Shown one piece after another: positions 40,160 to 49,663 of a stretch of 64,000 nucleotides of DNA. The notes below the pieces were generated by a model. The model searched no databases. It was not told where the DNA came from and saw nothing but the letters and a program-made list of their open reading frames with translations. Numbering within the stretch: the first letter of the stretch is position 1; every line of letters starts with the position of its first letter. This stretch comes from a virus. The DNA lies in IMG/VR virus record IMGVR_UViG_3300007346_000025, positions 8,793-72,792 of that record; one strand, written 5' to 3'. A program made the position numbers and the translations under genes.

Positions 40160-40541
40160 CTTTGATTTTCACATCAATGCTTATTTGATTCATATCATAC
40201 CCTATCTGACCCAACATACTTGTTAGATCTCTGACAAAGTTTTCTATGAACAGCTCAACCAAAAGCTTATCAGCTCCGTGTGTAGTTAATAATCCTAGTA
40301 CTCTTGCACTAGATAGTGCTCCTATTTGTTCAGATATAACTGGCATAAGTACTTTATAAGATTTTGGTGCTTGTTTTTCCCATTCACCATGATCTCTTTT
40401 AGAATACTTATATAATACAATTAACTCCGGTGCAGTTAAACCACTACTTTCTATTGCCTGAAAAGCAATAACATGGTTATCTGCATCTGAAGAGTTAAAC
40501 ATAGAAATCAGATTGTTTAATTCAGCTTTACTAAGTTTCAT
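40134..40541 (-). CDS. hypothetical protein
   Basis: 135 aa. MFNSSDADNH motif shared with ORFs 36524 and 49663. Confidence 0.7.
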   Translation of the reverse strand: MKLSKAELNNLISMFNSSDADNHVIAFQAIESSGLTAPELIVLYKYSKRDHGEWEKQAPKSYKVLMPVISEQIGALSSARVLGLLTTHGADKLLVELFIENFVRDLTSMLGQIGYDMNQISIDVKIKDDGQSTKP

Positions 40542-40882
40542 TAGTCTTCAATTTTAAGTGTTTTAATCATCCATTCTGTGGGTTTGTTTATATTATCTAC
40601 CCACTCTTTTGCACTTGGGATATATCCATTACAGTCTTCTTTTACATGCTGTTCTCCAATATATCTTACGTACACTTTCTTACCATCAGAGTTTTCAATT
40701 ATTTGACCGAAGACTTTCTCACATTCAAATATTCCCTCACTATGGTGACGGAACATTCTATGTTTACTATGACCAATCCATGCTTTTGTAGCATCAAACC
40801 ACTCATGAATCTCTAAATAATCTAACCAAGAACCACCAAACTTTCTAGCTGATGATTTTGCATGTTCTACAGGATGTGACAT
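40541..40882 (-). CDS. His-rich conserved protein (DUF6915-like)
   Basis: HAKSS..KFGG, IHEWFD, HRMFRHH..G, EQHVKED. Confidence 0.7.
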   Translation of the reverse strand: MSHPVEHAKSSARKFGGSWLDYLEIHEWFDATKAWIGHSKHRMFRHHSEGIFECEKVFGQIIENSDGKKVYVRYIGEQHVKEDCNGYIPSAKEWVDNINKPTEWMIKTLKIED

Positions 40883-40884
40883 AA

Positions 40885-41301
40885 TTATAAAGATTGATCA
40901 ATTAAAGAACCATCATGATTAAATGTTTCCACTTCAGTGATTCTAATATTATTTTCTAATTGATACTTACCAGATGGTATTAGAATGCACATTGTACCAT
41001 AGCCACCATCATTGTTCCACCAATCTTCTACATCATTCAAGATCTTTTCTTCAGCAAAATTTGAAATATCAGAACATAAACCTGAGTCAAGAACACTTAG
41101 ATTTTGTGGTCCTGGATCCCATGGATTTAATGATTTAATTTCATCAAATGCATCTTCTTCATTTTCAGGTAGTTTATCTGTTGTATAAAGTACTTCCTCT
41201 ATTGCTCCAGAGTCTCCACCGCCTTCATAACGTACTTGGATACCAGTCACACCAAGGTCAGCCAACTGAATCAGGAGGCTTGTCATCATTGTTTCATTCA
41301 T
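40885..41301 (-). CDS. conserved protein (DUF6878-like)
   Basis: YEGGGDSG and DWWNNDGGYG motifs. Confidence 0.7.
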   Translation of the reverse strand: MNETMMTSLLIQLADLGVTGIQVRYEGGGDSGAIEEVLYTTDKLPENEEDAFDEIKSLNPWDPGPQNLSVLDSGLCSDISNFAEEKILNDVEDWWNNDGGYGTMCILIPSGKYQLENNIRITEVETFNHDGSLIDQSL

Positions 41302-41303
41302 AA

Positions 41304-41729
41304 CTATTTAATTTTGTAAAACCTGCCAAGGATATTGGCATTTAAATATTCTTCTTTTTCTAGTACCTCTCTTGTAAATTGGTACTTAGTCTCATGATAT
41401 GTTAGTTCTGTCTTAGAAAAACAGATTCTTACCATGAACCTTTTAATGGGAATTCCATTCTTATGTGCATCTTGTAGCACTTTATTGCTACTGTAATAAT
41501 TCTGATAGTTAGGTTTTACCTGGATAGTATACTTCTTTGCACGTTTGTCTTCCATATTAGCAACAGCTCTCTTACCAAACTTCTTTTTAGTTGTGGAATA
41601 AAAGTTCTTCTTGCCAACATATCTAACAGACTTACCATCAATGATAGCTTCCATCTCATATATAAACCCAACGGCTCCTTCTGGGATCTTGCTATCATTA
41701 AATACTTCTCCTTTGTATAACCAACTCAT
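41304..41729 (-). CDS. GIY-YIG-like phage protein
   Basis: GFIY...YVGKK...YYSS...E.K.Q...YLN.NI. Confidence 0.6.
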   Translation of the reverse strand: MSWLYKGEVFNDSKIPEGAVGFIYEMEAIIDGKSVRYVGKKNFYSTTKKKFGKRAVANMEDKRAKKYTIQVKPNYQNYYSSNKVLQDAHKNGIPIKRFMVRICFSKTELTYHETKYQFTREVLEKEEYLNANILGRFYKIK

Positions 41730-42709
41730 ACTGCTTGTTTTAGTAAAGATAATAATTTATCTCTAACAGCTTCAACACCATGATCTTTCACAGAATCTGA
41801 TAGATCTTTAGACATGTCAAGATTAATAGATTTAATACCATACTTATCTTGATATCTTTTAGCAGCCTTAAGACCAGGTTCATCATTATCAAACAGTACA
41901 ATTATAGAATTATACCGTTTACTAAGTGATTTGATGATAGACTCACCTATCATAGTATTCTCACTGTCTGGAGCAATGCATTCTATATTACCAATACCAA
42001 GTCTTCTAAAGCTCATAAGGTCTTTAAGAGAAGACACAATCAGTAAATACTTAGAATCATACTTCAGTTGATCCATACCTTGAGTATAGTTCTGGATCTT
42101 AATAAACTTTTTCTCAGGAACCTTTGGCATATAAATTTTATAGAGCTCACCATCTTCACGGAAATAACCATAAACATAGGGTCTAGAAAACTTATAGCTT
42201 GTAATAGAACCATCTGGTTCAGTCTTAGACATTGTAAAGAATTCCAATGGAACTACATTATACTGACTTAAGATACTAGAACCAATTTTAAATTGTGTCC
42301 AATACTTTTGGTCTAATGTATTCCAGTGTCTCATTTCAAAATCTACAACTTTGAACTTATCATAGAACTGTATAGGACCTCTTTCTACAGGTGCATTATG
42401 TTTTAAATACTCCTGATAATCACTTAATATGCGTGAAATAGACTTAATTCTAGTATCATATTGAAATAAATACTTAACAAGTTCTATTTGGTCACCCTGA
42501 AATCCTGAAGAAAAATCCTTGAACTTATACTTACCATTATCTTGATAAACAAACATGCTAGGCACTTTATCTTTAACATTAAATGCAGATAGCATCTTTA
42601 TGTTCTGTCCTGTAAGTTTTTCTCTTAAGTTCAAATAATACTCAAATACCCATTCTTTAGGTACTTCATCTAAATCAGATATAATATTCCTTGTTAAAAT
42701 CATAACCAA
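41726..42709 (-). CDS. DNA primase (TOPRIM), crAss-type
   Basis: SSLKD, APDSE, LFDNDEPG, KDLSD. N-terminal zinc-finger region lacks Cys. Confidence 0.85.
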   Translation of the reverse strand: MVMILTRNIISDLDEVPKEWVFEYYLNLREKLTGQNIKMLSAFNVKDKVPSMFVYQDNGKYKFKDFSSGFQGDQIELVKYLFQYDTRIKSISRILSDYQEYLKHNAPVERGPIQFYDKFKVVDFEMRHWNTLDQKYWTQFKIGSSILSQYNVVPLEFFTMSKTEPDGSITSYKFSRPYVYGYFREDGELYKIYMPKVPEKKFIKIQNYTQGMDQLKYDSKYLLIVSSLKDLMSFRRLGIGNIECIAPDSENTMIGESIIKSLSKRYNSIIVLFDNDEPGLKAAKRYQDKYGIKSINLDMSKDLSDSVKDHGVEAVRDKLLSLLKQAV

Positions 42710-42786
42710 TAAAATATAAAGGGGGAGCCCTTGATTTCAGTTGAAATGTTATTAACTAAAAACTCCCCCTTTAAAAAGAGTAAGTA

Positions 42787-43467
42787 TTAGTCTAAACTAA
42801 AATCAGAAGATGTCTTTGAACTCTGAAAAACATCATCATCCCCAAAAGATTTAACTTCTTTAACTTCTAATTTCTTAAGATGTTTAGTTTCATCATAAGG
42901 AATAACTACACCACCCTCAATAGCACCAAAGGCATATTTCTTACCTTCAGCTTTTGGAAGCCACATGTCATAATTAGTATAACCTGTCTTGCCTTCATAT
43001 TCTTTACCAGCAACACAGAATTCTAAGAACTTACCTCTAAAGTCTGCAGTATCATTGAATGCTTTAACAAAGTCTTCAATTGTTTCATGCTGACCATCTT
43101 GTTCAAGAAACCATGAGTCAAGTTCCATAGCATGAGCCAAAGTCCTTAAGAAAATCAAAATAGATCTATCTCTCTGAATTTTAATACCAGATTTAGTTTC
43201 ACCATCTGCAAATGCATATTGACTTGCTTTAACTCTACCAATCTGACCCTCATATCTTCCTTTGCTTTCATCATCTTTGTCAATAAGAAAACCTTCAAAA
43301 CCTTCAATAGGTTGAGTTTCTACATGTAACATAAGATGATATGCACCATCAATAAATCTAAAATCTTCTAGCTCAATGCTATTAATTTTTAATACATGAT
43401 TACCTGGGGTAATTGTTTTTGGTAGTCCTGAGCCTCCTGTGCCCAAATCAGTTGTGCTTAATGCCAT
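42787..43467 (-). CDS. putative single-stranded DNA-binding protein
   Basis: Between primase and Sak4-like ATPase; acidic/aromatic C-terminal tail (SDFSLD). Confidence 0.55.
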   Translation of the reverse strand: MALSTTDLGTGGSGLPKTITPGNHVLKINSIELEDFRFIDGAYHLMLHVETQPIEGFEGFLIDKDDESKGRYEGQIGRVKASQYAFADGETKSGIKIQRDRSILIFLRTLAHAMELDSWFLEQDGQHETIEDFVKAFNDTADFRGKFLEFCVAGKEYEGKTGYTNYDMWLPKAEGKKYAFGAIEGGVVIPYDETKHLKKLEVKEVKSFGDDDVFQSSKTSSDFSLD

Positions 43468-43486
43468 TTTTCTTAAAATTTAATTG

Positions 43487-44209
43487 TTAAATAAAAACTT
43501 TGTCCCAGTGAAATTCTAACTCACCAGATTCATTCATCTCTGTTACCACTATTTCTTCATTACGTAAGTGTTCAGGTCTTGCACCGCAAGTTACCTCTTC
43601 ACTTGTTTTAAATGACAAAATAGTTTTGTTTCCTTTTCTATACATATAACCTATTGCATCTGCGTTAGCACAGATCAAAGACTTAATCTTACCTGTCAAA
43701 TCAATGTTTGCAGCAAGAACCATCTCACCTTTATCATCTACCTGTTTGTCTTTAATGTGACCAGATAGAATAATATGGGGTGCTAATGTATCAATAAAAT
43801 CTAAAACTTGAAAGAAAGCTTGTCTTAAATATAAATATCCTGCACCATTTGGTAAGGATAAGACATTATCTCCATCATAGTTTTTACCCATGCTTGTAGC
43901 ACGGTAAAGTTTAATTGCAAGAGGCATAACCATATCTTCTAATGCAGTTACAGTATCTATTGTAACATACTTGTATGGATTACCTGCTGCTTTGATTGCT
44001 TTTCCTGCATCTAACAACTCTTGTAAAGAACCAATCTTTACTTTGAGTGCTTCTACATAATCAGCACCATTCTCTAAATCAAGAATTAAATTGTCTTCAA
44101 GACCAGCAAATGCTGTAGTCTTACCAGTCTTTGGCTTTGAATAAATAATTAATCTCTTTGGATTAACTCTCTCAGCTTTGACTTTCTTAGTTGGAAGTAC
44201 TATACTCAT
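43487..44209 (-). CDS. AAA_24/Sak4-like ATPase
   Basis: YSKPKTGKTT, LDLENG, TIDTVT, ILSGH, ADAIGY. Confidence 0.8.
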   Translation of the reverse strand: MSIVLPTKKVKAERVNPKRLIIYSKPKTGKTTAFAGLEDNLILDLENGADYVEALKVKIGSLQELLDAGKAIKAAGNPYKYVTIDTVTALEDMVMPLAIKLYRATSMGKNYDGDNVLSLPNGAGYLYLRQAFFQVLDFIDTLAPHIILSGHIKDKQVDDKGEMVLAANIDLTGKIKSLICANADAIGYMYRKGNKTILSFKTSEEVTCGARPEHLRNEEIVVTEMNESGELEFHWDKVFI

Positions 44210-44210
44210 A

Positions 44211-44798
44211 TCACTTTAATTTTTGTGCTAGTTTTTGAAAGTCTCCAGCTATTCTTAAAAGTATATCAGATGCAGACTCATCAATAGATAAATCTTCTTT
44301 AGTATCTTTAAGTTTTGGAATATACTGTTCTTCAAAATCTGGAAATACTGATAAAGTAACTTGTTCTTTAGGAGCTTCAGCTTTTCTTTTCTCATAAAGA
44401 TTATAAGTAATCTCTTCACCATCAGGCATAATAACCATTAATTCAGATATTGGAACTATATAAGCTTGATATGATTCACCTGCTGTATTTGTACCATCCC
44501 TAACATCATATTCTTCTGAATAATAAGGATTGAATTTACATTTAAAAAGAGGTCTGTCATCATAGGCAGGTTCAATGTTTTTGTCTCTACCAGATTCATC
44601 TCTAACAATATCAATGAATTCAATATAGACATCCTCACCTCTCTTTAATTCACTTTCAAATAACTGAACCTGTTTGCCATACTTACCTTTCTGAAAGAAA
44701 GCAGTTTTTAGGACAAAATAAGGATCAGAAATTTGAGCTTTTCTAAACTTATCAGCTTGATAAGCAAAGAACTCTTTTTCTTTTTCTTTTCTGGTCAT
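44211..44798 (-). CDS. hypothetical protein
   Basis: 195 aa, tightly packed between DnaB and the Sak4-like gene. Confidence 0.7.
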   Translation of the reverse strand: MTRKEKEKEFFAYQADKFRKAQISDPYFVLKTAFFQKGKYGKQVQLFESELKRGEDVYIEFIDIVRDESGRDKNIEPAYDDRPLFKCKFNPYYSEEYDVRDGTNTAGESYQAYIVPISELMVIMPDGEEITYNLYEKRKAEAPKEQVTLSVFPDFEEQYIPKLKDTKEDLSIDESASDILLRIAGDFQKLAQKLK

Positions 44799-44800
44799 AA

Positions 44801-45796
44801 TTATAATTTAATTTTAGTTGCTTGTGGAGGTGTTTCTATTTCAACTATCCTCATGTTTTCTCTATCTAGCTTAAAGAAGCTTAACCTAGTTGTTCCATTC
44901 CTGGATTTTAAGAAGTGAAATGCAAGAAGATCTTCATCATTCACTATAAATCTTTCAGGACCATAGAACCTAATCTTTCTGATAGAAGGTTTATTAATAC
45001 CAAGTACTACATCAGCATGTTGTAATAGAGCATCTGCTCCAAATAAATCAGAATCTAATACATAATTACCATAGTCACCATCTTTGGATCTCTCCGGATT
45101 ATCTATATTTCTATTCAACTGACTCAATATAAGAAATGCCACAGGATAGTGTTTTTTCATATATGTCATGGCTTCACCAAGAGCATATAGTACTTCAAAC
45201 TTATCTCTCTGACCTTTTCCTACTTTAAGTAAAGCTGAGTGGTCAATAGTAACCAGAGCATTTGTGTAGTTACCTGCATCATCCTTATGTGCTTCCATAT
45301 AATAATGTATAGTAGCACACATTTCATCAACAGTACACGGATCATATACTACATCTATGACATCAGTATTTTCTGTTTGTTCATAATACTGCACACACCT
45401 TAGGTATAGATCCTTATCCACAGGTTCACCCTTGCTCATTAATGTATTGTAATCAGAACCTGTATTCAGACTCAGCTTTCTGATACCATTGGTCTCATCA
45501 AGCATTTCAAACTGGAACTTAAGGACTCTAAACTTATGGTCTTTATTCTCTTCAATAATATCAGAAATTAACTGTTCCATAAATAAAGTCTTACCTGTTC
45601 CTGGTCTAGCACCAACTACGGTGATAGTTCTCCATTCCAATCCATCACAGAAGGCATCATTAAACTTGGGCCATGAACTTTTGAGGGATTTGAGTTCACC
45701 AGATCTCCTAGCCTTCATCTTAAGGATAGCTTTTCTTAGAGCATCTCTCTCACTCACAGGCTTCAGAGCCCGGGCACCGTTAAATAATTCTGCCAT
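44801..45796 (-). CDS. dnaB: DnaB-like replicative helicase (C-terminal RecA-like domain)
   Basis: GARPGTGKT, FEM, TIDH, LSQLNR, ADVV, KSRNG. Confidence 0.9.
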   Translation of the reverse strand: MAELFNGARALKPVSERDALRKAILKMKARRSGELKSLKSSWPKFNDAFCDGLEWRTITVVGARPGTGKTLFMEQLISDIIEENKDHKFRVLKFQFEMLDETNGIRKLSLNTGSDYNTLMSKGEPVDKDLYLRCVQYYEQTENTDVIDVVYDPCTVDEMCATIHYYMEAHKDDAGNYTNALVTIDHSALLKVGKGQRDKFEVLYALGEAMTYMKKHYPVAFLILSQLNRNIDNPERSKDGDYGNYVLDSDLFGADALLQHADVVLGINKPSIRKIRFYGPERFIVNDEDLLAFHFLKSRNGTTRLSFFKLDRENMRIVEIETPPQATKIKL

Positions 45797-45807
45797 AATT
45801 AAGGATT

Positions 45808-45978
45808 TTATTCTTGTAGTTTAAGTTTTATGTCATTATATGCATAATGAGAAAAACCTACTATAAACTCAATTGCTAAGAACTGTAGAAAGTTCATATC
45901 AATTAGAGCTGTTTTAACTAGTAGCCAAGATAGAATACTACCTACACATGCTACTATAAACATTTTAAATCTAATCAT
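45808..45978 (-). CDS. 56-aa membrane protein (not in ORF track)
   Basis: Manual translation MIRFKMFIVACVGSILSWLLVKTALIDMNFLQFLAIEFIVGFSHY...; its ATG overlaps the upstream stop. Confidence 0.6.
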   Translation of the reverse strand: MIRFKMFIVACVGSILSWLLVKTALIDMNFLQFLAIEFIVGFSHYAYNDIKLKLQE

Positions 45979-46562
45979 ACTATATTCTCTTTAAAAAATA
46001 CTGTTTGTTGATAATCATCTCTTAAAATCATATCACAATAAGTTGCTAGAGTAGAATCCCAGGTTTTATCTGTATTCTGTTTTCTAATAAAATATTGTGA
46101 GTTTCTCATGTAGTTGTATTTAGTTATAGAATACTCCTCTACATATAACTCAGTAGCTTGAATAACTGTATCCCAAGTATAATCAAATTCCTGAAAGAAC
46201 CATCTAAATGCATTTTCTAAACTCTTTACATTAACTCTTGCATAAACACCACTTGGCAACTTGGTTGCTGGAAATAGTTCATTATAAGTTTTAATGTTCT
46301 CTAGGAAACTATCACCCATAAGGGCTTTAGATGTTTTCTTCTTAGATTTCTTGAAATAGCCTTCAATTTCTTGTATAAATTTAAGGGTATTACCTGATAA
46401 TTCCAAATTTTCTGTAAGGTAATTACCTGATTTTAATCTAGAAACTTCTAGAGAAGCATTAACTGATTTATCAGGTACAACTTTATTATACATACAGTAC
46501 AATACATAAAAAGAATTAGGTGTTAAACCTGCTTTAATTAGTTTATTAAATACTTCTTGCAT
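45975..46562 (-). CDS. putative replication initiator/helicase loader
   Basis: N-terminal HTH-like region, YNELFP and YMRNSQYFI; upstream of DnaB. Confidence 0.45.
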   Translation of the reverse strand: MQEVFNKLIKAGLTPNSFYVLYCMYNKVVPDKSVNASLEVSRLKSGNYLTENLELSGNTLKFIQEIEGYFKKSKKKTSKALMGDSFLENIKTYNELFPATKLPSGVYARVNVKSLENAFRWFFQEFDYTWDTVIQATELYVEEYSITKYNYMRNSQYFIRKQNTDKTWDSTLATYCDMILRDDYQQTVFFKENIV

Positions 46563-47257
46563 TACCAGTGAATTGTGTAATTATACAAATGTTTAACAGT
46601 AGTCTGTACATCTTGAAAGACTCCTTTAGAATCCCATTTACTACCATTATAAGCAGCACTTGCAGGATGTGAGACTATAAATTTAGTACAATTTTCTCCA
46701 CATACCTCTACCCACTCTTGAGATTTTTTACCCATATAAACATAAACTAGTCCAGGACAAAAGTTTTTGAGATAGTCAAATACATATGCAACAAATGGAG
46801 CCCACAGTTCATAATGCTTACCAATCTTACCAACTTCAGTTGTAAGAGCTGTATTAAGCATAAGTATACCCTGTCGGGACCATTTTGATAGATCCAGTGG
46901 TCTTTCATATCCGTCTGGGTATAATTTTTCAACTTCATTAAGAATAAACTTTAAAGAAGGCTGTTCTTTTTGAGACTTACTACAACTAAATGCAATACCA
47001 TCTGCTACACCTAATGTAGGATAAGGATCTTGTCCAACCATTACAACTTTTAAATCATCATAAGGACATTCCTCAAATGCTCTAAATAAGTCTTTAAGCA
47101 CCGGAGTAAATCTTTGCCCACTATTAGACATATTGTATAAATCAGTTAGAATCTTTTCAAATTCTAAACTAAATATAAATGGTTTAAGAACTCTTCCCCA
47201 ACCACTAGGTTCAAGTTTATTAAATATTTTTTGTTTATATTCTTCAATATCAATCAT
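46562..47257 (-). CDS. ung: uracil-DNA glycosylase, family 1
   Basis: GQDPY, ADGIAFS, PSL, QGILMLN..LT, SHPAS. Confidence 0.93.
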   Translation of the reverse strand: MIDIEEYKQKIFNKLEPSGWGRVLKPFIFSLEFEKILTDLYNMSNSGQRFTPVLKDLFRAFEECPYDDLKVVMVGQDPYPTLGVADGIAFSCSKSQKEQPSLKFILNEVEKLYPDGYERPLDLSKWSRQGILMLNTALTTEVGKIGKHYELWAPFVAYVFDYLKNFCPGLVYVYMGKKSQEWVEVCGENCTKFIVSHPASAAYNGSKWDSKGVFQDVQTTVKHLYNYTIHW

Positions 47258-47264
47258 ATTAATG

Positions 47265-47272
47265 TATATTTG
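47265..47272 (+). promoter_or_regulatory. Bacteroidota -7 element TATATTTG
   Basis: Exact TAnnTTTG match 15 nt upstream of the ATG at 47288. Confidence 0.55.
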
Positions 47273-47287
47273 TTAAAAGTAATTACA

Positions 47288-47590
47288 ATGGCCACAGTAA
47301 AAGAATTAAAAGATGATGCATTAGTTGAAATTAAAATCAATAAATCATTTTACTATATGCTTAAAAATACCCTATATAATTTATTTGTAAATATTAAAGG
47401 GGATAAACCAGAAGAAAAAGAAGAATACATAAAAGAAATTATGTCTAAATCTTATTCTGAATTATCTGAAGAGCAAAAATCTTTTTTTACAGTTACTCTT
47501 GCTATTCTTGAAGTTGAAAGAGTAGCTCAAGAACAAAATCTTTTTGAAGAAAAAGAAATTACTCTTCCTAAAGATATTAAGAAAGATTAA
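47288..47590 (+). CDS. hypothetical protein, opposite to the flanking genes
   Basis: Likely start MATVKELK at 47288, after a promoter motif and without overlapping ung. Confidence 0.7.
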   Translation: MATVKELKDDALVEIKINKSFYYMLKNTLYNLFVNIKGDKPEEKEEYIKEIMSKSYSELSEEQKSFFTVTLAILEVERVAQEQNLFEEKEITLPKDIKKD

Positions 47591-47951
47591 TATTAAACTC
47601 CTTACCAATTTCTATACAAGCTTCAATAGCTAGTATTAACTGACTCTTACTACAGTCTCCAAAAGACTTACAGTATTCCATGCCATCATCATCAAAACAG
47701 AGACCGGCATGTTTCTTTACAATTACTTTCATCTCACTAAAAGTATATCCTGATTCCTTTGCCAGTTCACGGATACAAGCATGCACTTTAGCAATCTGTG
47801 CAGCAGATTTATCATTAGAAGAAAGGTCCATAAATACTTCTATTTCCTGTCCTTCAGAAAGTTTATCAAGAAAAATCTGGTAATTTAATTTGGATTTGTC
47901 ATCTGGATAAACTAACTTCCCGGCACGTTTCACTAATTTTGAAGTAAACAT
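47577..47951 (-). CDS. NinB/Orf-like protein
   Basis: SAAQIAKVHACIRELA...K pattern. Confidence 0.5.
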   Translation of the reverse strand: MFTSKLVKRAGKLVYPDDKSKLNYQIFLDKLSEGQEIEVFMDLSSNDKSAAQIAKVHACIRELAKESGYTFSEMKVIVKKHAGLCFDDDGMEYCKSFGDCSKSQLILAIEACIEIGKEFNINLS

Positions 47952-47982
47952 AAGCTGATTTTTTAGTATATTATTAATAGAT

Positions 47983-49008
47983 ATGGCAGTAACAAAAAAC
48001 TCAAGTCATCCACAAAAAGATACTGAAATCATTCTAGAGTATCTAGAAAAATTCCCAGAAGCACCTTCTAAAACTCTTGCTAGAAAAATCTATTCAGAAA
48101 ATACATTTCTTAGGTCTCTTGAGAGTGTCTATAGTAAAGTTAGGTATTACCGTGGACAATGTGGTACAAAACATAGAAAAGATTTAAAGAATAAAAAATT
48201 CCAGAAAGAACTTAAAGTAGAATTTACTATGAAAGAAAAATTCTTACCAGAGTCTTATGCTAACAGGCGTGATACTTTTATATTTCCAACAGGGTGCAAT
48301 ACACTAGGAGTTATTGGAGACCTGCACATACCATATCAAGATAATGATGCTATTGAAGCAGCATTTGCAGAAATGGAAGAACAGAACATTGAATCTCTAT
48401 TCATTAATGGTGACATGTTGGACTTCTATCAGCTCTCATTTCATGAAAAAGATCCAAGAATGGTTCATTTCAAACAAGAAATAGAAGCTGGTAGACAGTT
48501 TCTTGAATACTGTAGATACAGATTCCCAGGAATTCCAATTTACTTTATACCAGGTAACCATGAAAATAGATTTGAAAGATACCTTAGAGTTAAGGCATCT
48601 GAACTATTAGACATGGATGAGTTCAGACTAGATGTACTTCTACATGTAGCTGAATATGGTGTACAGTATATTCCATTTAGATCTAAAGTTGTCTTTGGTG
48701 ACTTCCTTATAGAACATGGAGATAAAATCCCAGGTGCAGGTGGTGTAGTACCAGCCCGCACTGCTCTAATGAGACTAAAAACTAATTGTCTTATAAATCA
48801 CTTTCACAAAACTAGTTCTAGTTCACAAAGAGTTTATGGTCCAGGAGAGTCTACAACTATCCGTGGATATAGTCTTGGATGCTTATGTGAACTAACACCA
48901 GAATATTTAGAAATAAATGAATGGAACCATGGATTTGCTATTCTAAAAAGAAATGGTAACTTAGTACAAGTTAACAATTATAAAATAGAAGGTAATCAAA
49001 TAGTATAA
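47983..49008 (+). CDS. calcineurin-like metallophosphoesterase with N-terminal HTH-like region
   Basis: GDLH, NGDMLD, PGNHE, EHGD, HFH. Confidence 0.88.
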   Translation: MAVTKNSSHPQKDTEIILEYLEKFPEAPSKTLARKIYSENTFLRSLESVYSKVRYYRGQCGTKHRKDLKNKKFQKELKVEFTMKEKFLPESYANRRDTFIFPTGCNTLGVIGDLHIPYQDNDAIEAAFAEMEEQNIESLFINGDMLDFYQLSFHEKDPRMVHFKQEIEAGRQFLEYCRYRFPGIPIYFIPGNHENRFERYLRVKASELLDMDEFRLDVLLHVAEYGVQYIPFRSKVVFGDFLIEHGDKIPGAGGVVPARTALMRLKTNCLINHFHKTSSSSQRVYGPGESTTIRGYSLGCLCELTPEYLEINEWNHGFAILKRNGNLVQVNNYKIEGNQIV

Positions 49009-49319
49009 TGTTTCTACCAATTGAATTTCAAGACTCTGATGGTCCATACTTTGAACACTTAAATGTTGTTCATATAACAAGAATTTCCTTCATTAATCCT
49101 AGAAACCCTGATGCTGGTGCAAGAATACACCTAAGAACAGGTGAAGTCTTATCTACTAAAATGCCTTTTGATCAGCTATCCCAAGCTATTGATGAAGCTT
49201 GGGAATCTGCATCTGCTCTTGTACTAAGTACTCTTCTATCTGAAAAAGCACAACTTATACCCTCTGGTAGCCTACAGTCTGGAGAAAAGAAAGTAATTCT
49301 TGGGGACTCTGAAGTCTAA
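49008..49319 (+). CDS. hypothetical protein
   Basis: 103 aa, coupled to the phosphoesterase through TAATG. Confidence 0.65.
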   Translation: MFLPIEFQDSDGPYFEHLNVVHITRISFINPRNPDAGARIHLRTGEVLSTKMPFDQLSQAIDEAWESASALVLSTLLSEKAQLIPSGSLQSGEKKVILGDSEV

Positions 49320-49509
49320 AATTATCAGGCCAATCTAAGTTCATAACATACCAATTACCATCTTGTACTCTATCACTGTCTACTGAACAAAGGGTTAAAT
49401 TTTCAAATATTTCTAATGTGTAATAGAAATAATCATATCCATTTTGACTCTCTAAGTCATTGACTTCCACTTTGTTAAAGCCAAGATTTGTTAAATCACT
49501 TTCTGTCAT
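49255..49509 (-). CDS. hypothetical protein
   Basis: 84 aa, MTESDLTNLGF start. Confidence 0.6.
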   Translation of the reverse strand: MTESDLTNLGFNKVEVNDLESQNGYDYFYYTLEIFENLTLCSVDSDRVQDGNWYVMNLDWPDNFRLQSPQELLSFLQTVGYQRV

Positions 49510-49663
49510 ATGTTAATTGTTTAGCAATCTTCTTAGCTAAGTAAGGAGTGCATTTATATTTGTACATCACATAACCTGCAATAATCCTAGGATTGTTTAC
49601 TTTAATGTCTGTATACTCTAATCTCATTGCTTTCACTATGTGATCTACTATTACATTTGCCAT
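49496..49663 (-). CDS. 55-aa hypothetical protein (not in ORF track)
   Basis: Manual translation MANVIVDHIVKAMRLEY...; fills the gap with a coupled stop/start. Confidence 0.55.
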   Translation of the reverse strand: MANVIVDHIVKAMRLEYTDIKVNNPRIIAGYVMYKYKCTPYLAKKIAKQLTYDRK

